DNA of 64,000 nucleotides. Origin: Chitinophagales bacterium (GTDB lineage: Bacteria > Bacteroidota > Bacteroidia > Chitinophagales > Chitinophagaceae). The notes under the pieces were generated by a model. The model did no database searches. It was not told where the DNA came from and worked only from the letters and a program-made list of their open reading frames with translations. Shown piece by piece: positions 1-7,691 of this stretch. The stretch is from positions 9,940 through 73,939 of the forward strand of contig JBBSJI010000002.1 of NCBI GenBank assembly GCA_038257425.1, written 5' to 3'. Every line of letters starts with the position of its first letter. Within the stretch, counting starts at the first letter, position 1. Position numbers and translations under genes: made by a program.

Positions 1-238
1 CCACTTTTTTTACCACAATTGCCTTCTTTGGGGCCTTTTTTATAATTTTTGCTATCTTTTTAACTGTTTTCTTTACTACAGGCTTAGGAGCAGGTTTTTT
101 AGCCACTGCCTTCTTAGCTACTGGTTTTTTTACAGCAGGTTTCTTTGCAGGGCCTGCTTTTTTTGCCGGAGCAACTTTTTTAACTGGTTTTACAGCTTTT
201 TTAGGAGCTGGTTTTGACACTTTCTTTTTTGTAGCCAT
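1..238 (-). CDS. Lys/Ala/Pro-rich basic protein, histone H1-like (N-terminal part; runs off the window)
   Basis: ATG at 238 lies one nt after the ileS stop. My reverse-strand translation is MATKKKVSKPAPKKAVKPVKKVAPAKKAGPAKKPAV..., open to the window edge. Not in the ORF track because it is truncated. Confidence 0.5.
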   Translation of the reverse strand, partial: MATKKKVSKPAPKKAVKPVKKVAPAKKAGPAKKPAVKKPVAKKAVAKKPAPKPVVKKTVKKIAKIIKKAPKKAIVVKKV

Positions 239-239
239 A

Positions 240-3200
240 CTATTGTCCTTTTTTAAGTACGTTCACTTTTAATATAGCTTCATTCACTTCAATTTCCATT
301 CCGTCGTTTAAAACAGGCAAAAAAGTAAGTGAGTCAGCTAGAATTTCGGCGCAAATATAATCTTTATATTGAATTATAGACGGTTGCAGCCCTGCATTTT
401 CACTTACTATTATATCTATCCTGTCAGCCAGGTTAAATCCACTGTCTTTTCTGATATTTTGTATCCTATTTATAAATTCCCGTGCATCCCCTTCTTTTTT
501 CAAATGGTCTGTAATTACTATATCTAAAGCTACTGTTAGCTGTCCTTTTACAGCAACTTCATAGCCCGGTATCTCATCAGTAGAAATTTCCAGGTCCTCG
601 GCATTGATAATAATTGGTTCTTCGCCTGAGGTCTTATAATCAGGATTAAGCAGGTATTCATTTTCTAAAACCTGGTCTATAACCGTATTATCAAAAGCTG
701 AGATCTGTTCAGCAGCCCATTTCATTTTTGGCCCCAATTTTTTACCCAGTGTCTTAAAATTGGCTTTAGCTTTTTTCTTAATAAAATCATTATCGGGTCT
801 CAGCACCTCAACTTCCTTAATATTGGTCTCGGCCTTAATTATTTCGGCTACTTTATTTATACGCTCTGCCATCGTGATATCCAAAGCTGGTATAAAAACT
901 TTTTGCAGTGGCTGCCTCACCTTAAGATTTACTTTCTTGTTTTTGCGAAGCGACAATATCAGTGACGAAATATCCTGGGCCAGCTGCATTCTTTTCTCCA
1001 GATCAACATCAATTACAGTGCCATTCACTTTTGGAAAATCGGTATGATGTACAGATTGTTTGTTGAACCTGTTTGATACGGTATTGAGATTATTGAATAA
1101 CCAATCAGCAAAGAAAGGGGCAACAGGAGCCATCAGTTTGCAAAGTGTTTCAAGACATTCATACAAGGTTTGGTAAGCACAAATCTTATCATGCTCATAT
1201 TCTCCCTTCCAGAACCGGCGGCGACAAAGCCTTACGTACCAGTTACTCAAATGGGCATCTACAAAATCTTCAATAGCACGGCCTACCTGTGTAGGCTCGT
1301 AAGCATCAAAATTTTCCTGTACATCTTTGATTAAACTGTTCAGGGAAGATAAGATCCACTGGTCTATCTCGGGCCTGTCTTTTACGGGGATATAATTTTC
1401 TTTAAAAGCAAATCCATCAACATTGGCGTACAATGCAAAGAACTGGTAGGTGTTGTAAAGCGTACCAAAGAATTTACGTTGCACTTCTTTAATACCTTCG
1501 CTATCAAATTTTAAACTATCCCATGGTGATGCATTGGTGATGAGGTACCAGCGGGTGGCATCGGCACCAAAACTATCAATCGTGGCAAATGGATCAACTA
1601 CGTTGCCAAGGCGCTTACTCATTTTATTACCGGCCTTATCCAAAACCAGTCCGTTACTTACTACGGTTTTATAAGCAACACTGTCGAATAATAGTACAGC
1701 CAATGCATGAAGGGTATAGAACCAGCCTCTTGTTTGGTCAACACCTTCGGCAATAAAATCTGCAGGGAAGGCCCCATCCCAACCTTTCCCAAAGGGGAAG
1801 GGGTTACCACCGTTTACTTTCTCCATATCAAGGCCCCATTGTGCGTAAGGCATGGCGCCGCTATCGAACCAAACATCAATAAGGTCTGGTACCCGTTGCA
1901 TGGGTTTGCCTAAAGGACTTACCAAAGTAATTTCATCCACATAAGGTTTATGCAGGTCAAGTATACCTTCGTGCAGGTAATGTTTATTTGTTTCGCCGCC
2001 CAAAACTTCGGCAGCTTTTTTTATTTCGTTGTTCAGTTCTTCAATTGATCCGATACATTTTTCTTCTTCACCATCTTCGGTTTTCCAAATCGGAAGCGGT
2101 GTACCCCAAAAGCGGCTACGGCTCAGGTTCCAGTCAACCATATTCTCCAGCCAGTTGCCAAAGCGGCCGGTGCCGGTGCTTGCAGGCTTCCAGTTGATGG
2201 TCTTGTTGAGTTCAACCATCCTGTCTTTAACTGCTGTGGTTTTAATGAACCATGCATCAAGAGGATAATAAATAATGGGTTTATCTGTACGCCAGCAATG
2301 CGGATAATTGTGTTCGTATTTTTCAACCTTAAAAGCACGGTTCTCTTTTTTGAGCTTAACAGCAATATCAACATTCACATCCACGTAATCTTTTTCATCT
2401 TTATAATTTTTTACATAGCGGTTGCTGAATTCACCAACGCCCTCAACAAATTTTCCCTGCTTATCAACCAGGGTTAAAATGCCGAGGTTGTTTTTTTGTC
2501 CTGCTTTAAAATCATCTGCACCAAATGCAGGTGCTGTATGTACAATGCCGGTACCATCTTCGGTAGTTACAAAATCGCCAACAATAACTCTGAAAGGTTG
2601 AGCGCTTGGCGTTATTTCCTTAATTTTTTCTAAAGTATTTGCTTCGGAGGGGAGGAGTTGTTCGTAAGAAATGCCTTCAAACTCTTTTCCTTTAAATTCC
2701 GCTATAATTTTCCATGGAATAGCCCCTCCGCCCCCCGAAGGGGAGATCTTAGACACTTCAATGTTACTCAGCTTTTCTGAATATTCACCGAAGTTTCCGT
2801 TTTCATTTTCTACCTTAAAATATTTTGTAACCAATGCTTTTGCAAGAATAACATTAATGGGAAGATGTGTATATGGGTTGAAAGTTTTTACCATTACATA
2901 ATCAATGTTAGGTCCAACAGTCAAGCCTAAGTTGGAAGGTAATGTCCATGGTGTAGTTGTCCAGGCCATAAAGAAAGCCCCCCCACCCCCCGAAGGGTGG
3001 ATTGAAGAAGACTCTGCAATTGCAGAAAAAATCTTAGCAACAGCAGGGTGTTGCTCCCTCTCCTTTGGAGAGGGCTGGGGTGAGGTTTTCAGGAGCCGAA
3101 ACATCGCCACCGCACTCGTATCCTTCACATCCTTATAAGTACCTGGCTGGTTTAATTCGTGTGATGACAAGCCCGTACCGGCAGCAGGTGAGTAAGGCTG

Positions 3201-3740
3201 AATGCTTACACTCTCATACAGGTATCCTTTCTTATACAATTCGCTCAGGCACCACCAAAGGGTTTCAACATAATTATTTTCAAATGTTACATAAGGGTCT
3301 TTCAGATCTACCCAATAACCCATTTTTTGGGTTATATCATCCCACTTATCTTTAAACCGCATCACCACTTCACGACATTTTTTATTGTAATCCTCTACAG
3401 ATATTTTTACACCGATATCTTCTTTGGTTATGCCTAATTCTTTTTCAACGCCCAACTCAATAGGCAAGCCATGAGTATCCCAACCGCCTTTACGTTTTAC
3501 CTGAAAACCCTGCATGGTTTTGTAGCGGCAAACCAAATCTTTTAATGTCCTGGAAATAACATGATGTATACCGGGCATACCATTGGCACTTGGGGGACCT
3601 TCATAGAATACAAACGGAGGGTGGCCTTCACGGAACTGAACACTTTTTTCAAAGGTTTCTTCTTTCTTCCATTTTGCCAAAATCTCTTCACTTATGGAAG
3701 GGAGGTTCAATTGCTGGTATTCGGTATATTTTACACTCAT
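240..3740 (-). CDS. ileS: isoleucine--tRNA ligase (long, type-2-like)
   Basis: 1166-aa ORF with a HIGH-region (PGIHHV), KMSKS motif (GNKMSKRLGN) and editing-domain motif WTTTPWTLP. Contains four in-frame GC-hairpin repeat units (see repeat features). Confidence 0.97.
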   Translation of the reverse strand: MSVKYTEYQQLNLPSISEEILAKWKKEETFEKSVQFREGHPPFVFYEGPPSANGMPGIHHVISRTLKDLVCRYKTMQGFQVKRKGGWDTHGLPIELGVEKELGITKEDIGVKISVEDYNKKCREVVMRFKDKWDDITQKMGYWVDLKDPYVTFENNYVETLWWCLSELYKKGYLYESVSIQPYSPAAGTGLSSHELNQPGTYKDVKDTSAVAMFRLLKTSPQPSPKEREQHPAVAKIFSAIAESSSIHPSGGGGAFFMAWTTTPWTLPSNLGLTVGPNIDYVMVKTFNPYTHLPINVILAKALVTKYFKVENENGNFGEYSEKLSNIEVSKISPSGGGGAIPWKIIAEFKGKEFEGISYEQLLPSEANTLEKIKEITPSAQPFRVIVGDFVTTEDGTGIVHTAPAFGADDFKAGQKNNLGILTLVDKQGKFVEGVGEFSNRYVKNYKDEKDYVDVNVDIAVKLKKENRAFKVEKYEHNYPHCWRTDKPIIYYPLDAWFIKTTAVKDRMVELNKTINWKPASTGTGRFGNWLENMVDWNLSRSRFWGTPLPIWKTEDGEEEKCIGSIEELNNEIKKAAEVLGGETNKHYLHEGILDLHKPYVDEITLVSPLGKPMQRVPDLIDVWFDSGAMPYAQWGLDMEKVNGGNPFPFGKGWDGAFPADFIAEGVDQTRGWFYTLHALAVLLFDSVAYKTVVSNGLVLDKAGNKMSKRLGNVVDPFATIDSFGADATRWYLITNASPWDSLKFDSEGIKEVQRKFFGTLYNTYQFFALYANVDGFAFKENYIPVKDRPEIDQWILSSLNSLIKDVQENFDAYEPTQVGRAIEDFVDAHLSNWYVRLCRRRFWKGEYEHDKICAYQTLYECLETLCKLMAPVAPFFADWLFNNLNTVSNRFNKQSVHHTDFPKVNGTVIDVDLEKRMQLAQDISSLILSLRKNKKVNLKVRQPLQKVFIPALDITMAERINKVAEIIKAETNIKEVEVLRPDNDFIKKKAKANFKTLGKKLGPKMKWAAEQISAFDNTVIDQVLENEYLLNPDYKTSGEEPIIINAEDLEISTDEIPGYEVAVKGQLTVALDIVITDHLKKEGDAREFINRIQNIRKDSGFNLADRIDIIVSENAGLQPSIIQYKDYICAEILADSLTFLPVLNDGMEIEVNEAILKVNVLKKGQ
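1771..1805 (-). repeat. GC-hairpin unit R, translated in ileS
   Basis: GCCCCATCCCAA + CCTTTCCC-AAA-GGGGAAGG. On the coding strand it reads NPFPFGKGWDGA. Confidence 0.7.
2722..2747 (-). repeat. GC-hairpin unit A, translated in ileS
   Basis: GCCCCTCCGCCCCCCGAAGGGGAGAT. The coding strand encodes ISPSGGGGA. Identical to unit B at 22 of 26 nt. Confidence 0.8.
2977..3002 (-). repeat. GC-hairpin unit B, translated in ileS
   Basis: GCCCCCCCACCCCCCGAAGGGTGGAT. The coding strand encodes IHPSGGGGA. Confidence 0.8.
3053..3086 (+). repeat. GC-hairpin unit C, translated (antisense orientation) in ileS
   Basis: GCTCCCTCTCC-TTT-GGAGAGGG + CTGGGGTGAGGT. The ileS strand encodes TSPQPSPKEREQ. Confidence 0.85.
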
Positions 3741-3810
3741 AAATTCCCTGAAACTTTTATTCTGCAGTTAGTATTGTTAAACTAGCCAGTTATACGTTTA
3801 AATAAGTGTG

Positions 3811-3818
3811 CAAAGGTA
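3811..3818 (-). promoter_or_regulatory. candidate Bacteroidota -7 box (TACCTTTG) for ileS
   Basis: The reverse strand reads TAccTTTG, matching the TAnnTTTG consensus, 71 nt upstream of the ileS ATG. Confidence 0.3.
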
Positions 3819-4072
3819 GTAAAATAGCAGAGTTCTTAAATATGGATAAATTGCTAATTTACAGGTGTAAATACCTGCGTTGCTTTCGTATAATTACAGT
3901 GCTTTATTTTTAATTCGTGTGAAAGCCCTATTCTGCCTCAGTTTCAGCCCTACTTATCCACATTTTAAAACCTTTGGCATAGAATTGGCAATTATTCTTT
4001 TAGAAAATAAGGAAGTTAGTTACTTAAAAATATATAATAAAGATTTTTGCTGGTTTAGGGTTTTATTAGGGT

Positions 4073-4112
4073 AAAAAAGACGGGGGTAGTCTTATTCCCG
4101 TCTTACTTTTTT
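4073..4112. terminator. bidirectional rho-independent terminator-like hairpin
   Basis: AAGACGGG-12 nt loop-CCCGTCTT, flanked by an A-run upstream and a T-run downstream, so it has a U-tail on either strand. Confidence 0.5.
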
Positions 4113-4248
4113 AAAATGCTAAATTAAAAAAATTAGGTTCCGCTTTAACATCCAATACACCAACACCAATACCTGTTAAAAATTATTTCTCGGAAACAGT
4201 ACAAAACGAAAAGGTTTTCATCTACTTGGAAGCCTTTTTAAATATTTG

Positions 4249-4283
4249 TAAAAATAAAAAACTGCCTTTCAGTAAAGGCAGCT
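4249..4283 (-). terminator. terminator of the HmuY-like gene
   Basis: CTGCCTTT-CAGT-AAAGGCAG hairpin about 20 nt past the stop at 4304, followed on the minus strand by TTTTTTATTTTT. Confidence 0.6.
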
Positions 4284-4303
4284 TTTAGTTTTTCAATATC
4301 AAA

Positions 4304-5371
4304 TTATTTTATAAGGCTGTATTTGAATTCTGGTTTCCCCCTTGTACCTCCATCGGTACCGATACCCATGGAGAGGCATTTTAACTTGTAGTAATTACCT
4401 GTGGCATCTTTAATTATATAGAACCTGTCGAGCCTGGCACCGGTTGCCGGTTGTGTGCTTCTCCAACTGCTGCCAATTGCCCATCGGCTGGTTGAGGGAG
4501 TAGTAAGAGCCACACTGTCTTTATTAAAAGCAGCATATGCACTTTCTGCTGTTGCTGCATTGGCATATATTTTTGAAGCGACAGTTACCCCAGATAAATA
4601 GTTTACAGCGATCAGGTCAGAAAAATTATAAGGTACGGGCCCAGCACCAAAATTCGCTTCAAATACTGAATAGCTCCAAACCAAATCCCATTTTTCCTTT
4701 TCAGGTTGTGCATCTACTATACCTGTTTCAAAAGAAATAAATTTAAAATGATATGCTGCATCTTTGGCAACCTGTATTGTTCTGAAAGTTGTTTCCTGGA
4801 TACCTGCATATTGGAGGGTATATCCCCCGTTTATATTACGCAATACCCTTAATTTAACCCAAGGCCTGGCTGCAATGCCGCCACCTGTGCCACGATTGAG
4901 AATGATCACTTTGTTATTGGCATCTGTTGCAGCTATTGCAGGTATAACTGTTTTTGTAAGATCGCCGGCTACATTATCAAAATAAGGAAGATCCTGTGGT
5001 AAGGGATTAAACTGGCTGGTTGTTAAAGTTAACCCTATGGTATCTGCCGCACCAACTGTTGCCAGGTCATTTTTTGCCAATACTTTGGCGCCGGCAACTG
5101 ATGTATTATTTAAAACAACCCTGAAATCTGATCCTGAATAAAAGCCAAGATCCCAGCCTGAACGTAATACCGGCGTTTGCCTGTCGGCTGAAAGATCGAG
5201 ATAGACAGCATTACCGGCAACAGTTCCAGCTTCGCTGCCTGCTATACCATTCAATTTAATTTGTGCGCCGTTTGATGGGGGTATTATAAAAACAGGGTCA
5301 ACATCCTTTTTACAGGCTGTGAACAATAATAAAGTTGCAGCTATTAAAATATTTTTTTGTGTGCGTATCAT
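4304..5371 (-). CDS. HmuY-like lipoprotein (putative heme-binding partner of the adjacent TonB-dependent receptor)
   Basis: 355-aa ORF with a lipoprotein signal (LLLFTAC). WDLGF and KWDLVW motifs are reminiscent of the HmuY family. It is 31 nt downstream of a TonB-dependent receptor gene. Confidence 0.6.
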   Translation of the reverse strand: MIRTQKNILIAATLLLFTACKKDVDPVFIIPPSNGAQIKLNGIAGSEAGTVAGNAVYLDLSADRQTPVLRSGWDLGFYSGSDFRVVLNNTSVAGAKVLAKNDLATVGAADTIGLTLTTSQFNPLPQDLPYFDNVAGDLTKTVIPAIAATDANNKVIILNRGTGGGIAARPWVKLRVLRNINGGYTLQYAGIQETTFRTIQVAKDAAYHFKFISFETGIVDAQPEKEKWDLVWSYSVFEANFGAGPVPYNFSDLIAVNYLSGVTVASKIYANAATAESAYAAFNKDSVALTTPSTSRWAIGSSWRSTQPATGARLDRFYIIKDATGNYYKLKCLSMGIGTDGGTRGKPEFKYSLIK

Positions 5372-5402
5372 GATGTATGCTTTTAGATAAGATGATTAAT
5401 TT

Positions 5403-7460
5403 TTATTTTTTATTCCATTGAATGTTTAAACCCACAAAGTAAGAACGCCCATAACCCACAGCCACTGTAGCGCCTGCTGAATGAATAGCGTTACTGGCAA
5501 CAGCTGTGTTTCTTGCATTGGTAACATCAAAAATATTTTTTACGCCTGTGCTAACAGAAATGTATTTATTGATCTGTGTATTGGCAGTAAAATCGGCCAG
5601 GTGATAGGCTTCTGTTTCGGCTACTATTAAAGCCTGCTGGTTTGAAGCATTGATGCCCGGCACCAGTTGAGGTCTTTTGCCTGTAAGTTTATAAAAAACA
5701 TTCAGCCTGGTTTTTATTGTGGGAATACTGTAACCTACCGAGGCATTCACTTCGGGGGTCCATAAATATTTTTTATCATCTTCTTTTATGTAGATCTTGT
5801 CATTGTAATACTGGCGGTAAAAACCAATGTATGAAAGTCCCAGCGATGCATCCAGGTTTTTGGCAGATAATTTATTTTCGAGGGTAAAACCTGCTGTTTT
5901 TGCATTGTTGATGTTTAGATAAGTGTATTGAACCGAATCAAGCGTTTCAAAATCTATCTGGTTATTAAACTGGTTATAAAAACCGGCTAATGAAATGTTA
6001 TAAGCCATGTTATTTTTTGGTATTGCGTTCCAGTTAATAGATGCATTAAAACTGTTTGAGGTTTCGGCCTTTAAGTTTGGATTGCCCACAATATTGTGGT
6101 TCACATCAACAAAATAAAAATACAGTTCTCTTAATGCAGGCGCACGAAAGCCATACGCATATGCAAAACGCAGATCAAGTTGTTTGTTTAAAATGATCTT
6201 ACTGTTAATAGAAGGAATAACAGGCGGTGCATTGTAGTCAGAATTTTTAATGAAACGTAACCCCGGGCGGATATTGATCCGGGAGTTTGGTTTTATTTCT
6301 GCAGAGATGAAAGCCGCATAATCTGTTATAGACGGGTTGTCCTGTATTCTTTCTCCGCTGGCCGCTTCGCTGTTTATATCAATACCTGGCTGTAAAGCGA
6401 TCTTGTTGCTTAGCTGGTATTGAAATGTAGTTCTGAAAACAAAACTGTTGAATTTGGAAATATCCTGTTCGCCCTCACCGGTTGTTAACTCATCTGTATC
6501 TTTTTCAAAATCGTGGCGGGAAGTTTTTGTTCTTCTTTTATAATTGGTGTAGCCAACTACAGTAGCCATCTGTAATTTTTTATTGAATGCATAACTGCCC
6601 TGTAACTGGTGGGATAACCTGTCTGTAATATATTGCTGATCTATTGCTTTATAGTTACCATAATTAATGGCTCCTTTGCTTACAATATCTTCTGCCAATG
6701 CATCAATACGATAATACATGTTCAGGCCATTTTTATCGTAACCGATCCGTGCATTACCCATCCATTGCTCTTTGGGCTTCCATGATTTTGCCCTGCCGTA
6801 AGCATCCCCGCCAAAACCATTGAAATCGTTGTGTGTGCCACCGGCAGCAAAACTCCAGTTGCTTTTTTTGTAGGCAAGAGTTACATTTTGCTGGTGAACA
6901 CCTTTATAGTTGAATGGATGGTATTCTGAGCCTGCGGTCTCTTCCTGCAATTTTGCAGTTATAGATAAAATGTCTTTACTGTATTTTTTTGTAATGATGT
7001 TGATAACACCTGCTAAAGCATCTGAGCCGTAAGATACCGACATCGGCCCTTCCACAATCTCGATTCGCTCAATGCTGTTAATGTCTACCTGGCCCAGGCT
7101 TTCACGGGTATCGCCGCGGTCAATCATTGGCACACCATCTAATAGAATTTTTACATTCCGACCACTCATGCCCATCAACTGTACATCTGTTGTACCAAGG
7201 GTATTATCGCTGCTAAAGCGAAACCCTAATTGATTATTGAGTACCTGCTGAACATTGGTAGCGCCACTTTGTTTAATGCGCTCATTATTTATAACTCTCA
7301 CCTGATAAACAGATTTCTTTAAGGATTGAGGCTTATATTGACCGGTAATGATCACCTCATCAAGTTTTTTACCTAAGAGAGAATCCTGTTGGGCAAAACA
7401 GGCATTGGATATCATTATTGCCATCAGCAATACGAATGGGTTTAGACTTTTTTTCATCAA
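5403..7460 (-). CDS. TonB-dependent outer-membrane receptor (heme/HmuR-like by context)
   Basis: 685 aa with a signal peptide and plug motifs (DEVIITG; IERIEIVEGPMSVSYGSDALAGVINIITK), followed by a long beta-barrel region. Confidence 0.9.
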   Translation of the reverse strand: MMKKSLNPFVLLMAIMISNACFAQQDSLLGKKLDEVIITGQYKPQSLKKSVYQVRVINNERIKQSGATNVQQVLNNQLGFRFSSDNTLGTTDVQLMGMSGRNVKILLDGVPMIDRGDTRESLGQVDINSIERIEIVEGPMSVSYGSDALAGVINIITKKYSKDILSITAKLQEETAGSEYHPFNYKGVHQQNVTLAYKKSNWSFAAGGTHNDFNGFGGDAYGRAKSWKPKEQWMGNARIGYDKNGLNMYYRIDALAEDIVSKGAINYGNYKAIDQQYITDRLSHQLQGSYAFNKKLQMATVVGYTNYKRRTKTSRHDFEKDTDELTTGEGEQDISKFNSFVFRTTFQYQLSNKIALQPGIDINSEAASGERIQDNPSITDYAAFISAEIKPNSRINIRPGLRFIKNSDYNAPPVIPSINSKIILNKQLDLRFAYAYGFRAPALRELYFYFVDVNHNIVGNPNLKAETSNSFNASINWNAIPKNNMAYNISLAGFYNQFNNQIDFETLDSVQYTYLNINNAKTAGFTLENKLSAKNLDASLGLSYIGFYRQYYNDKIYIKEDDKKYLWTPEVNASVGYSIPTIKTRLNVFYKLTGKRPQLVPGINASNQQALIVAETEAYHLADFTANTQINKYISVSTGVKNIFDVTNARNTAVASNAIHSAGATVAVGYGRSYFVGLNIQWNKK

Positions 7461-7625
7461 ATAATTTTATAAAATCAAAAAATAGACCGCTGTGTTTTGT
7501 TCGTTTTGGTCATTTACAAGCACAAAGTTGGTTTCGTATTGTTATAGATTTATCATGGTTTTGTCAGGATGTTAAATACCTGTTTTAAATCATAATGTTT
7601 TACGAAATGATGACAGAATACATGA

Positions 7626-7664
7626 TCAAAAACAAAACAGGTGCTGATAATTATCAGCACCTGT
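7626..7664 (-). terminator. terminator after the 753-aa receptor gene
   Basis: Perfect 14-bp-arm palindrome ACAGGTGCTGATAA/TTATCAGCACCTGT, followed on the minus strand by TTTGTTTTTG. Confidence 0.65.
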
Positions 7665-7691
7665 TATAAAATTTATTTATAAAAAGAGATT

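Noticed and set aside
2645-2660. CTTCGGAGGGGAGGAG in ileS resembles half of a GC-hairpin unit.
   Set aside because: It has no complementary half or flank. It encodes the YEQLLPSE segment, which from memory is native conserved IleRS sequence, so the resemblance is probably chance.
760-3785. Numerous 60-140-aa ORFs in the track lie antisense to or out of frame with ileS. The same pattern occurs inside mfd, gyrB, nuo genes, ppdK, PFOR, nrdJ and others.
   Set aside because: They are fully nested in long ORFs that carry clear family motifs, have low-complexity or odd composition, and lack independent start or terminator signals. I treat them as shadow ORFs.
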